A DNA stretch of 64,000 bases from an uncultured Gammaproteobacteria bacterium (lineage in GTDB: Bacteria > Patescibacteriota > Microgenomatia > UBA8517): NCBI GenBank assembly GCA_964489145.1, contig CAZAXL010000004.1, forward strand, positions 8,176 to 72,175, given 5' to 3'. Shown here piece by piece: positions 8,999 to 18,655 of this stretch. The notes under the pieces are model-generated. The model saw only the letters and a program-made list of their open reading frames with translations. It was not told the DNA's origin and made no database searches. How positions within the stretch are numbered: the first letter of the stretch is position 1; the number at the start of each line of letters is the position of its first letter. A program made the translations under genes and the position numbers.

Positions 8999-10414
8999 AT
9001 GGACAAGAAATATTATCTGACAACAACACTGCCTTACGTGAATGCCGAGCCTCATATTGGTTTTGCGCTTGAAATCGTGCAAGCAGATGCCTTGGCGCGT
9101 TTTCATAAGCTTTTGGGGGAAGATGTCGTTTTTAATTTCGGCACAGACGAGCATGGCCAGAAAATTTATCAAAAGGCGCTTGAGGAAGGAAAAGATCCTC
9201 AAAAATATTGTGACGAATATGCAGCCAAGTTTAATGCCTTAAAAAGTGCTCTAAATTTAAGCTACAACCATTTTATAAGAACAACTGACTCTCACCATAT
9301 TAAAGCAGCCCAAGAATTTTGGAAACTTTGCGATAAGAATGGTGACATCTACAAAAAACTTTATAAAACCAAGTATTGCGTCGGCTGCGAGCTGGAAAAA
9401 ACAGATTCTGAACTTACCGATGGTAAATGTCCCCTTCATCCCAACCGTAACTTGGAAACAATTGAAGAGGAAAATTACTTCTTCAGGTTTTCAAAATACC
9501 AGGAACCGCTTTTAGAATTTTATGGGGAAAATCCGGATTTTGTAGTGCCGGAGGGAAAGTTTAACGAGATTAGGAGTTTTGTCAAAGAAGGTTTGCAGGA
9601 TTTCAGCATCTCAAGACTAAAAAACAAGATGCCCTGGGGAATTCCCGTCCCGGGAGATCCAGCCCAAGTGATGTATGTGTGGTTTGACGCCCTTATCAAC
9701 TATATTTCAACCCTAGGCTGGCCGGAAGATACTAAAAATTTTGAAGATTACTGGCCAGGATTCCAAGTTGCAGGTAAGGATAATCTAAGACAGCAAACAG
9801 CAATCTGGCAAGCAATGCTTGCCTCGGCGGGGCTTCCTTTCTCCAAACAAATATTTATCCACGGGTTTGTCACTGCCAACGGTAAAAAAATAAGCAAGAG
9901 CCTGGGCAACACAATAAATCCTATTGAAGTCACCGAAAAATACGGAGCTGACGCCTTGAGATACTACCTACTCGCCAAAATTAATCCAACCGAGGATTCT
10001 GATTTCACTTTTAAAAAGTTTGAGGAAGTCTATAATGGCGAGCTTGCTAACGGACTTGGGAATTTAGTTTCGAGGGTTGCAAAGCTTTGTGAGAAATCCG
10101 ATCTTGAATTTAAACCCACAAAAATACAAAAAGAGGAAAAAATCGAAAACGCACTGAAAGAATATAAATTTGATCTTGCTCTCAAAACTATTTGGGATGG
10201 AATTACCCAAACCGATCAATTTATAAACGAGCAGGAACCATGGAAGCTAACCGGCGGTAAACTTGAGAAAGTTTTAATTCACCTGGTTGACCACATAAGA
10301 GAAATGTCTTTTAATTTGGAACCTTTTTTACCCGAAACTTCCGAAAAAATTCAAAGACAATTTGGGGGTTCAAAAATTGCATCAGGCAGTCCATTATTCC
10401 CCCGCCTGGGTTAA
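8999..10414 (+). CDS. metG: Methionine--tRNA ligase (short form)
   Basis: YVNAEPHIG (HIGH), GTDEHGQK, YCVGCE/CPLH zinc knuckle, MYVWFDAL, KISKSLGN. Confidence 0.96.
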   Translation: MDKKYYLTTTLPYVNAEPHIGFALEIVQADALARFHKLLGEDVVFNFGTDEHGQKIYQKALEEGKDPQKYCDEYAAKFNALKSALNLSYNHFIRTTDSHHIKAAQEFWKLCDKNGDIYKKLYKTKYCVGCELEKTDSELTDGKCPLHPNRNLETIEEENYFFRFSKYQEPLLEFYGENPDFVVPEGKFNEIRSFVKEGLQDFSISRLKNKMPWGIPVPGDPAQVMYVWFDALINYISTLGWPEDTKNFEDYWPGFQVAGKDNLRQQTAIWQAMLASAGLPFSKQIFIHGFVTANGKKISKSLGNTINPIEVTEKYGADALRYYLLAKINPTEDSDFTFKKFEEVYNGELANGLGNLVSRVAKLCEKSDLEFKPTKIQKEEKIENALKEYKFDLALKTIWDGITQTDQFINEQEPWKLTGGKLEKVLIHLVDHIREMSFNLEPFLPETSEKIQRQFGGSKIASGSPLFPRLG

Positions 10415-10423
10415 ATATTAGCT

Positions 10424-11914
10424 ATGCGTAAATTCATTGAAAAGCATGACAAAGGAATTCTACGAGCCCTGGAAATTTTGCCAGGATTTACCTCCTGGAA
10501 CTTGATTCTTTTTCCGTACTGGGGAATTTTTGTGATCCCTAAGGTCGTGGCCTATTTCGTTCTATTCTTTAATATTTATTGGTTTTACCAATCATTTCAA
10601 ATCGCAATATCAGCCATAATATCAAATATGAGAATACAGGCCGCAAAAATTTATGACTGGATGGGAGATGTAAAAGATTTTCCGGATTGGAAAAAGGTCC
10701 GACACGTTGTCATAATTCCTACCTACAAAGAACCCCTTCATATTCTCGAAAGAACTCTCGACTCCCTCGCCACCCAGGAATTTCCCACTAAAGGAATCGT
10801 TCCCGTTCTTGCGATGGAAAAAAACGAGCCTGAAAAAGACCGATTGTCTAAATGGAAAGCGTTAAACGAAAAATACGGAAAGACGTTTTGCAAACTTTTT
10901 GTAACCGTACACGAACTTAAAGCCGGCGAGGTTACAGGGAAAGCTTCAAACGAAAGATACGCCGCCATTTGGGTAAAAGAGAACTATATAGACGCAGAGA
11001 GACTTAATATTGATTACTTTACGGTCACCTCTTGCGACGCGGATCATAAGTTTCATCCCAAACACTTTGCCAACCTTACTTTCAAATTTTTGGACAATCC
11101 CAACCGATATAAAGTGTTCTGGCAACCCTCTGTTATGTTTTATAACAATATTTGGGAAATACCGGCAATTACCCGTGTGTTAAATACACTAATGTCAATT
11201 TCAAATCTTTCCCAGCTTGCGCGTAAAGACAAACTCATTAATACTCAAAATTATTCACTTTCTTATAAATTACTGGATGCCGTTGGATACTGGGATGCCG
11301 ATAAAATTCCTGAGGACTGGGGAATATTTTTTAAAGCATTCTATAAAAGTGGTGGCGGAATTGAAGTCGAACCGATTTATCTTCCGCTTATGGCCGATGC
11401 CGCGCAATCCGGCTCTTTTTGGAAAACAATTAAAAATCAGTATCAGCAACTTCAAAGATGGGCTTGGGGAGTAAGTGATGATCCCTGGATAATAAAAAGT
11501 TATCTCCTAACAAGGAATATTCCTTTTTGGGATAAAACAATGAGACTAATCCAGGTTCTTTGGTCGCACTTTTTATGGCCGGTTAATTGGTTCATTATTT
11601 CGGTGGGGCTGACCATACCAACCCTTCTTAACCCTGCTTTTGGAAGAACAGCCCTGGGTTACACCGTTCCTAAACTATCATCTTTGATTTTGACACTCGC
11701 ACTTGTATTTCTGTCTGTAATGATAATTATCGACAACATTCAAAAACCAAAAAGGCCAAGCAATGTGTCTCTGCTCAGGAAGATTTTAATACCTTTTGAA
11801 TTTATTCTAATGCCCCTGGCGGGTTTTCTTTTTACAGCTCTTCCCGGAATCGATGCCCACACCCGTCTTATGCTCGGAAAATATATTCAATACAAAGTAA
11901 CTGAGAAGGTGTAG
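10424..11914 (+). CDS. GT2 family membrane glycosyltransferase (processive type)
   Basis: IIPTYKEP, GKASN, CDAD, PED, QLQRW (QxxRW), flanking TM helices. Confidence 0.85.
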   Translation: MRKFIEKHDKGILRALEILPGFTSWNLILFPYWGIFVIPKVVAYFVLFFNIYWFYQSFQIAISAIISNMRIQAAKIYDWMGDVKDFPDWKKVRHVVIIPTYKEPLHILERTLDSLATQEFPTKGIVPVLAMEKNEPEKDRLSKWKALNEKYGKTFCKLFVTVHELKAGEVTGKASNERYAAIWVKENYIDAERLNIDYFTVTSCDADHKFHPKHFANLTFKFLDNPNRYKVFWQPSVMFYNNIWEIPAITRVLNTLMSISNLSQLARKDKLINTQNYSLSYKLLDAVGYWDADKIPEDWGIFFKAFYKSGGGIEVEPIYLPLMADAAQSGSFWKTIKNQYQQLQRWAWGVSDDPWIIKSYLLTRNIPFWDKTMRLIQVLWSHFLWPVNWFIISVGLTIPTLLNPAFGRTALGYTVPKLSSLILTLALVFLSVMIIIDNIQKPKRPSNVSLLRKILIPFEFILMPLAGFLFTALPGIDAHTRLMLGKYIQYKVTEKV

Positions 11915-11934
11915 ATCAAGCTTCGGATCTAAAA

Positions 11935-12879
11935 TTAAAAATTACTTTTGTAAAACTCAATAGTTTTTTGAAGACCTGTCTCAATGTTTGTTTTTGGCTC
12001 CCAATCAAGTATTTCCTTTGCTTTTGTAATATCTGGTTGTCTTCTCATTGGGTCGTCTTCCCTGAACGTTCCGCTATACTCAATTTCTGATTTAGAGTCT
12101 GTAAGTTTAATAATTTTTTCAGCCAAATCCTTGATGGTAAACTCATCAGGGTTCCCTAAATTAAAGATCTCCCCCTTGGTTCCTTGTGTAAACATTGCTT
12201 TTGCAACGCCTTCAACCAAATCCTCAACATAGCAAAAAGATCTTGTTTGACTCCCATCGCCATCTATTTTTATTGGAGCGTCCGAAAGAGATTGCATAAT
12301 AAAGTTGCTTACCACTCTCCCATCGTCCTTTTGCATTTTGGGTCCGTACGTATTAAAAATGCGTATTATTCTGGCATCAATATCATGTTTTCGAAAATAA
12401 ACATATGTTGCTGTTTCTGCAAATCTTTTGCTTTCGTCGTAGCACGATCTCGGACCAAACGTGTTTACATTTCCGAAATATGTCTCCTTTTGGGGGTGCT
12501 CCAAGGGATCTCCATAAACTTCTGACGTCGACGCAATTAGCACCTTTGCTCCAGTTTCTTTGGCCAGTTTTAATACGTTTAGAGTACCCGTAGAATTGGC
12601 TAAAAGTGTTTCTTCCGGGTAATTTTGATAATCAATTGGAGATGCTGGAGACGCTAAATGAAAAATGTAATCTAATGACTGAGTATTAAAAATTAATGGT
12701 TGAGTAATGTCTGCTTTGACAAATTCAAAGTTGGGATTGTCTAAAAGATGCTCTACATTTTTTTTTGATCCTGTTAGAAGATTGTCCAAACAAATTACTT
12801 TATAGCCATCATTTAATAATTTGTCGGATAAGTGGCTTCCTATGAACCCAACCCCCCCGGTTATTAACACATTTTGCAT
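11935..12879 (-). CDS. UDP-glucuronate decarboxylase (UDP-xylose synthase)-like SDR
   Basis: GGVGFIGSH, HLASPASP, STSEVYGDP, RSCYDESKR, RIFNTYGP, DDGRVVSNF, DDPMRRQPDI. Confidence 0.88.
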   Translation of the reverse strand: MQNVLITGGVGFIGSHLSDKLLNDGYKVICLDNLLTGSKKNVEHLLDNPNFEFVKADITQPLIFNTQSLDYIFHLASPASPIDYQNYPEETLLANSTGTLNVLKLAKETGAKVLIASTSEVYGDPLEHPQKETYFGNVNTFGPRSCYDESKRFAETATYVYFRKHDIDARIIRIFNTYGPKMQKDDGRVVSNFIMQSLSDAPIKIDGDGSQTRSFCYVEDLVEGVAKAMFTQGTKGEIFNLGNPDEFTIKDLAEKIIKLTDSKSEIEYSGTFREDDPMRRQPDITKAKEILDWEPKTNIETGLQKTIEFYKSNF

Positions 12880-12911
12880 ATGAGCGAATTATATCTTAAA
12901 CTAAGAGTAAT

Positions 12912-14420
12912 ATGAAATCACTTTGGCAAAAGCTTCATGAAGTAGGTGATTCCCTCCACCTGCCGGATATTCCAAACTGGCTTATCGTAATATTGGCTTT
13001 GGTGTTTCTCCTGAGAGTTCCCTCATTCTTTGAACCTTATTACTATGGTGACGAGATGATTTATCTGACTCTTGGACAAGGGGTGCGCCAGGGACTTACT
13101 CTTTACAAAGATGTCTACGACAATAAGCCACCTCTTTTATATTTGACCGCTGCCGTTGCCGGAAATCTTTTTTGGTTTAAAGTGATTTTAGCCTTTTGGA
13201 GTTTGATAACAATATTTCTTTTTTACAAACTTACAAAAATAATCCTGGAAAAAAATGAAAAGGCGCAAAAAATATCTACACTGATTTTTGCATTACTAAC
13301 CACGCTTCCCCTCCTTGAGGGTTTAACAATAAATTCCGAACTTTTTATGATTGCCTTTACAATTGCTGCATTTATCATACTTTTGAAAAATGATTTAAAG
13401 GTAAAGGGAGTGTATTTTGCCGGCGTGCTTTTGGGTATAGGCGCACTTTTTAAAATCCCTGCGGCATTTGACGCACCGATTATCGTAATTTACTGGATCA
13501 TTACAGACGGCCTGAAAAATTGGAGGGGGATTCTTAAAAATACTTTCATACTTATGTTGGGCTTTGCATCTCCAATTGTCTTAACCTTAATTTGGTACTA
13601 TTTCAGGGGTGCACTTCCCGAATATATAAAGGCTGCTTTCTTGCAAAATGTTGGTTATTTAAGCAGTTTTAGACCCGGTGACGTTCAAAAATCATTTCTA
13701 GTTAGGAATGCCCCGCTTTTGATCCGGGGTCTTATTGTACTGATTGGATCAGCAACTCTTTTTGTATTCCGAAAAAAGCTTTCAAAGAAGTTTATTTTAT
13801 TGTCTCTCTGGATACTTTTTACCCTTTTTGCGATCACTCTCTCGGAACGTCCTTACCCGCACTACCTTATCCAGGCTGTTGCTCCCATTTCAATACTTCT
13901 CTCGATATTCTTTGCGGAAAAAAGTTTGGAACAATCTCTTGTTGTTCTTCCCCTGGCTCTGACTTTCTTCGTCCCGGTTTATTATAAATTCTGGCTTTAT
14001 CCGACGACGGCTTACTACTCAAGGTTTGTCAGCTTTGCCGTTGGAGGAGGGAATAAATCGGCATACTTTAATGATTTCTCACCAAAGATAAACAGAGATT
14101 ATCAAATCGCGGATTTTTTGGTAAATTCAAGTACGCTGGATGATAAAGTCTTTATGTGGGATCCCGGCTCTCCCGCCGTTTATGCTTTGTCGAAACATTT
14201 ACCCCCTATCAAGTATGTCGTTGATTATCACATAAACGATTATTCAGATAAAACAAAGGAGGCGGAAAATATTGCGAAAGATCCCCCTAAATTTATAATC
14301 CTTACCGACCTCTACCCCTACCCGGAACTTAACTTTCTTCTTAAAAGCAAATATTTGCTGGTAAATCAGATCGATGATGCCAACATTTATTCCCGAATCA
14401 ATTTTGCTCCCACAAAATAG
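12912..14420 (+). CDS. GT-C fold (ArnT/PMT-like) membrane glycosyltransferase
   Basis: GDEMIY, YKDVYDNKPPL after TM1, about 12 TM helices, YPHY motif. Confidence 0.8.
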   Translation: MKSLWQKLHEVGDSLHLPDIPNWLIVILALVFLLRVPSFFEPYYYGDEMIYLTLGQGVRQGLTLYKDVYDNKPPLLYLTAAVAGNLFWFKVILAFWSLITIFLFYKLTKIILEKNEKAQKISTLIFALLTTLPLLEGLTINSELFMIAFTIAAFIILLKNDLKVKGVYFAGVLLGIGALFKIPAAFDAPIIVIYWIITDGLKNWRGILKNTFILMLGFASPIVLTLIWYYFRGALPEYIKAAFLQNVGYLSSFRPGDVQKSFLVRNAPLLIRGLIVLIGSATLFVFRKKLSKKFILLSLWILFTLFAITLSERPYPHYLIQAVAPISILLSIFFAEKSLEQSLVVLPLALTFFVPVYYKFWLYPTTAYYSRFVSFAVGGGNKSAYFNDFSPKINRDYQIADFLVNSSTLDDKVFMWDPGSPAVYALSKHLPPIKYVVDYHINDYSDKTKEAENIAKDPPKFIILTDLYPYPELNFLLKSKYLLVNQIDDANIYSRINFAPTK

Positions 14421-14448
14421 ATATCGTACAATATAGACCTTAAGCGAT

Positions 14449-14784
14449 ATGCATTGGAAAAAAGTCACTTTTTATAACTACTTTCTGACTGCCTTAATTT
14501 TGAGTGTTTTATTCATCGTCGGAATTCTTCTTGTCAAAAAATTCCTCCCGCCTGTTATTCCTATTTTTTATGGAAAACCGGTAGGAACGGAACAGCTAAG
14601 CACCTTTTGGTTTTTCTTTATCATTCCGGCTGTTTCAATTTTAATTACAGGTATTAACCTTTTAATTAACATATCGATAAAGGACGTATTCATTAAAAAA
14701 ATATTGGCAGTTAGCGCCCTTGCCATTTCACTGATGGCAAGTGTGACTATTTTGAAAATAGTCTTTTTGGTTGGATTTTTTTAA
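14449..14784 (+). CDS. Small membrane protein (DUF1648-like LP..IP pattern)
   Basis: Three hydrophobic segments, LPPVIPIFY. Confidence 0.6.
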   Translation: MHWKKVTFYNYFLTALILSVLFIVGILLVKKFLPPVIPIFYGKPVGTEQLSTFWFFFIIPAVSILITGINLLINISIKDVFIKKILAVSALAISLMASVTILKIVFLVGFF

Positions 14785-14785
14785 A

Positions 14786-15877
14786 ATGGATGAATTACGT
14801 AATATTTTCTTAATACCATGGCTTATCTCAGCGGTAGTTGCTTTTCTGACAACACCTTTGGCAATTAAGTTTGCCGAAAGAATTGGTATCATAGATGATC
14901 CGGCTAAAAATAAGCATCCTAAAGTAATTCACACCTATCCAGTTCCCCGTGGAGGCGGAATTCCAATTTTTATAGCGGTTCTTGTGTCTAGCCTTATATT
15001 CTTACCGATAGACAAACAACTAATTGGAATTTTGGTGGGTGCTACTATCTTGGTCGTTATGGGGGTGCTTGATGATAAATATAATCTAAATCCATATCTA
15101 AGACTTCTGATCGGATTTGTAGCAGCAGCCGCTCCAATCGCAGCCGGAATAGGAATTTCATTTATTTCAAACCCTTTGGGAGGAACAATAAGCCTGAGTC
15201 AGCCCCAAATTAATTTTGAGCTTTTTGGGGAAACACGCAGTATCTGGATCATCTCCGACGTCTTTGCAATTCTTTGGATCACTTTTTTAATGAATATTGT
15301 AAACATGGGGGCAAAGGGAGTTGATGGACAACTTAGCGGGGTAACTGTAATTGCGGCTCTAACCATTGCATTTTTATCTTTGAGATTTTCGGCTGATATT
15401 ACCCAATGGCCGGTTATAATTTTAGCGGCAATTACTGCGGGAGCCTATCTGGGATTTTTACCTTGGCATATATTCCCTCAAAAAATTATGCCTGGATATA
15501 GCGGTAGTACCCTAGCAGGGTATCTTCTGGCAGTTCTTTCAATTCTTTCAACAACAAAGGTTGGAGCCTTGATGGTTGTACTGGGAATCCCCCTTATTGA
15601 TACCGGATACACAATTATTAGAAGGATTGTTAATCACAAATCCCCTGTCTGGGGAGACAAGGGGCATCTCCATCACAGACTTCTTGATGCCGGTCTTTCC
15701 AAAACCCAGGTTGCAGTTTTTTACTGGGCAATAACAGGAGTTCTCGGTTTTTTGGCACTTAATTTGAATACAACCAGTAAGATCTATACAATGATAGGTA
15801 TAGCCATGTTGTTAGGCGGCTTGATACTATGGTTGACGTACCGACCCAAGAAAAACAACAGTCAAAAACCCCTTTGA
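14786..15877 (+). CDS. Polyprenyl-phosphate GlcNAc-1-phosphate transferase (WecA/TagO, MraY family)
   Basis: PVPRGGG, GVLDD, N...GVDG, PQKIMPG, DKGHLHHRL. Start placed at the ATG at 14786. Confidence 0.88.
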   Translation: MDELRNIFLIPWLISAVVAFLTTPLAIKFAERIGIIDDPAKNKHPKVIHTYPVPRGGGIPIFIAVLVSSLIFLPIDKQLIGILVGATILVVMGVLDDKYNLNPYLRLLIGFVAAAAPIAAGIGISFISNPLGGTISLSQPQINFELFGETRSIWIISDVFAILWITFLMNIVNMGAKGVDGQLSGVTVIAALTIAFLSLRFSADITQWPVIILAAITAGAYLGFLPWHIFPQKIMPGYSGSTLAGYLLAVLSILSTTKVGALMVVLGIPLIDTGYTIIRRIVNHKSPVWGDKGHLHHRLLDAGLSKTQVAVFYWAITGVLGFLALNLNTTSKIYTMIGIAMLLGGLILWLTYRPKKNNSQKPL

Positions 15878-16806
15878 TAATTGCGGCAATTAAAGTTGCT
15901 AGACCCGTGCATTGGATTAAAAATATCTCTGTTTTTGCCGCCATTTTTTTATCGGGATATTTATTTGAAAAAGATCTCTTCCTAAAAACTTCATGGGCTT
16001 TTGTGGCTTTTTGTTTTACAACTTCGGCAACATACATTATCAACGATATTTTTGACAGAAAGATGGACCGCCTGCACCCTATTAAAAAGAATAGACCCAT
16101 TGCTTCCGGATCTCTTTCTATACCCCTCGCTTTAATTGAAGCATTCCTTCTGATTTTGGGGGCAATTATGGCTACTTTCGCCGGAAATCTGGATCCTATC
16201 TTTTTGACAATAATACTCATTTACCTGATTCTGCAGGTTTTCTACAGCCTGGGCCTCAAAAATATTGCAATTTTGGATATCATCCTTATTGCGGCCGGAT
16301 TCGTTTTAAGGGTTTATGCGGGAGCATTCGTGATCAACGCACACCTTTCCGTCTGGTTTCTTCTTTGTGTAATTTCTGTTGCTTTGTTCCTGGCGTCGGG
16401 GAAAAGGAGGGCAGAGCTAAACCTCATCCAAAATACCGACACGACAACCCGAAAGAGTCTTAGAGCCTACGAAAAGGACTTATTAAATTCTTACGTTACC
16501 ATGTTCGGAAACGCATCCTGGATGTCATGGGCCCTCTTTACATTTTTTGAAAGCCCGCGCGCCTCGCTTCCATTCTGGCTTGTACTTGCAGAGCTATCCA
16601 AGACAACAACGATAGGAAAACTTTTAATGTTTACTATCCCCGTAACAATTTTCGGACTGATGAGATATGAGGCTTTAATCTTTCAAGGCAAAAGCGAAAC
16701 CCCGGAAAAGCTACTTCTTACCGATAAAGCCTTGATTGCGGCAGTTTCTCTTTGGGTGATTCTTGTCTACTGGGTTCTTTACAGCGGCATTACTGTTACA
16801 CAATAA
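15829..16806 (+). CDS. UbiA-family decaprenyl-phosphate phosphoribosyltransferase-like protein
   Basis: RPVHWIKN, YIINDIFD..DRLHPIKKNRPIASG, YSLGLK, GFVLRVYAG, GKRRAEL. Confidence 0.85.
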   Translation: MVDVPTQEKQQSKTPLIIAAIKVARPVHWIKNISVFAAIFLSGYLFEKDLFLKTSWAFVAFCFTTSATYIINDIFDRKMDRLHPIKKNRPIASGSLSIPLALIEAFLLILGAIMATFAGNLDPIFLTIILIYLILQVFYSLGLKNIAILDIILIAAGFVLRVYAGAFVINAHLSVWFLLCVISVALFLASGKRRAELNLIQNTDTTTRKSLRAYEKDLLNSYVTMFGNASWMSWALFTFFESPRASLPFWLVLAELSKTTTIGKLLMFTIPVTIFGLMRYEALIFQGKSETPEKLLLTDKALIAAVSLWVILVYWVLYSGITVTQ

Positions 16807-16810
16807 CTCT

Positions 16811-17665
16811 TTATCTCGCCACAGCGCTCACCGTTGCATAATCTGCCGAGATCCATCCGACAATTCCTGATGGCAAACCGGGTTTTGGATCTCCGTATTG
16901 AATTTCAATCCAGCCGGTTGCAGCATCTGTATCAAGATAAGGGAATGTTTCGCCCGGTTTTACCTGAGCAATTTCCTCTCCACCGGCTCCCGGTTTTGAT
17001 CTAACCCTAAGGTACCCTGTTGGGGTCTCTAAAATCTGCACAATTTTGATTTCCGTTTTCAAGGACTCTTTGATGGAGTCCGTATTTTGAGAATCTGTTC
17101 TTTCCAATTTCGCATAAAATGTAAGTCTGTAACCGGTCAAGGTTTTTACTGTCATTGATAAATCCGAATATCCCGGAGCTTTAATTGAAATTGTGTGCAT
17201 TGCGGGGGCTATTGCCGAAGCACTATACGGTGAAAAGCCTCTGGAAACTCCGTCGACCAGTACCTGAGCGTTGTCCGGCTGGGAAATGACCACCAATCCT
17301 GCAGACTGTGCCCCGGTTTTTTCAAAAGAAATGATGCGACCGGAGGATGTATCCTCACTTGTTCCAAAATTTCTACCTACAAATGTTTCGATACCGGGTG
17401 TTAAAGTTATTGATGTCTCAAAAGGCACGAGGTTTTCAGAGGACCCTGTCGGAACCAGTCTTAAAATAACCGCACCCGCTTTATACATCCCGGTAAAAGG
17501 AGTTTCCCCAACCAAACTGCCGTTGACAAAAACTGTAGCCTTTGGGGTAGTTTCGATTCTTATTCCCCCCTGTTTTGGACTTAAAAGTCCAACCAGATAG
17601 AAAGCGGTTCCTGTCAAAATTATCAAAGAGACAACAGAAATTAGAATAATTTTTACCGTCTTCAT
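16811..17665 (-). CDS. PEGA-domain protein with C-terminal SH3-like domain
   Basis: N-terminal TM; two PEGA repeats (TTPKATVFVNG..VGETP; SQPDNAQVLVDG); TPTGYLRVR...GWIS. Start moved to 17665 because the longer ORF overlaps tRNA-Cys. Confidence 0.8.
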   Translation of the reverse strand: MKTVKIILISVVSLIILTGTAFYLVGLLSPKQGGIRIETTPKATVFVNGSLVGETPFTGMYKAGAVILRLVPTGSSENLVPFETSITLTPGIETFVGRNFGTSEDTSSGRIISFEKTGAQSAGLVVISQPDNAQVLVDGVSRGFSPYSASAIAPAMHTISIKAPGYSDLSMTVKTLTGYRLTFYAKLERTDSQNTDSIKESLKTEIKIVQILETPTGYLRVRSKPGAGGEEIAQVKPGETFPYLDTDAATGWIEIQYGDPKPGLPSGIVGWISADYATVSAVAR

Positions 17666-17728
17666 AGTCACCGAGTGTAACATATGGCAAGGAAAGTTTG
17701 CCACTTGCATGATAGAATACAGGGACTC

Positions 17729-17800
17729 GACCGGATGTCGAAGTGGAAACGAAGGTGTCTGCAAAACACCCATGCGCGGGTTCGATTCCCGCTCCGGTCT
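17729..17800 (+). tRNA. tRNA-Cys (GCA)
   Basis: Acceptor stem GACCGGA/TCCGGTC; anticodon arm GGTGT-CTGCAAA-ACACC; T arm GCGGG-TTCGATT-CCCGC; discriminator U; CCA not encoded. Confidence 0.95.
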
Positions 17801-17826
17801 CTAAAGAAATTGTGAACACCCCAAAC

Positions 17827-17856
17827 TTGACTTTGGGGCTTTTCATAAGCTACAAT
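17827..17856 (+). promoter_or_regulatory. Sigma70-type promoter upstream of the M23 peptidase gene
   Basis: TTGACT-N18-TACAAT. Confidence 0.55.
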
Positions 17857-17865
17857 AGCGACTCG

Positions 17866-17887
17866 TCCCGCAATAGCGGGATTTTTT
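17866..17887 (+). terminator. Intrinsic terminator-like hairpin
   Basis: TCCCGC-AATA-GCGGGA followed by TTTTTT. Confidence 0.65.
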
Positions 17888-17979
17888 GTGTCTGCCCACA
17901 CATACGGGTGAGGTTTTTAGCTTCTGCCAAAAATCGAGCTTGGAATATGACATCCTGTGCCAGGATCTAATGGCACATT

Positions 17980-18654
17980 ATGAGAAAAATAAACGTTGAA
18001 CTGCCTAAGTATCGCCTTCAGCTTAATGTAAAGCTGGTAAAAAGGCGAAAACCTTTGCTGGAAGAACCGATTCTTCCCAAGGCTTCTCTTGTGAGAAAAA
18101 AATACCGAAAAGGGACTTTTCTCGGCAGGCTTGCTAGATATTTTGCGGATCATAAAAATATACGGAAAATTTTTGCTTCCAGTTTTGCTTTCATTGCTAT
18201 TACCACTACCTTTATTCCCCAGTCTGGTGGAGTCCAGGCACAAGGATCGGAAAATATTGTAATCGAGGCTCAAACCAACCTTGTAACCGAAAAGGGCATG
18301 CTTTATCCTGTTGGTCCGATAAAAATTAACCAAGGTTACAGTATTTTTCACAGAGGACTGGATCTTGGGGGAAAAACCGGAGAACCCATCAAACCCATTA
18401 TGGCTGGGGTTGTTGCCTATGCCGGGTGGGATCGCTCGGGATATGGAAATTTGGTTGTACTGCAACACAAAAATGGCCTTGATTCATATTATGCTCATCT
18501 TTCCAAAATCGAGGTTAAAACCGGCCAAACCGTTGAAGTGGGTACAGAAATCGGAAAAATGGGTGTAACGGGGCGCACTACCGGTACACATCTTCATCTT
18601 GAGATTCACCAAAATGGAGTTTCTCTCAATCCTTTAACAGTCTTAAGTAGATAA
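17980..18654 (+). CDS. M23 family metallopeptidase
   Basis: HRGLD (HxxxD), GYGNLVVLQH, YAHL, TGTHLHLE (HxH). Confidence 0.93.
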   Translation: MRKINVELPKYRLQLNVKLVKRRKPLLEEPILPKASLVRKKYRKGTFLGRLARYFADHKNIRKIFASSFAFIAITTTFIPQSGGVQAQGSENIVIEAQTNLVTEKGMLYPVGPIKINQGYSIFHRGLDLGGKTGEPIKPIMAGVVAYAGWDRSGYGNLVVLQHKNGLDSYYAHLSKIEVKTGQTVEVGTEIGKMGVTGRTTGTHLHLEIHQNGVSLNPLTVLSR

Positions 18655-18655
18655 G

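Noticed and set aside
17685-17703. Sigma54 promoter (TGGCAA...TTGC)
   Set aside because: GG-to-GC spacing is 12 nt rather than 10. It is only a short inverted repeat TGGCAA-N7-TTGCCA.
17666-17773. N-terminal extension of the PEGA protein given in the ORF track
   Set aside because: It overlaps tRNA-Cys; the ATG at 17665 directly precedes the TM anchor.
17909-17940. preQ1 or c-di-AMP riboswitch
   Set aside because: Superficial GAGGTT..TAGC similarity only; the closing stem, A-rich tail and ydaO consensus blocks are missing.
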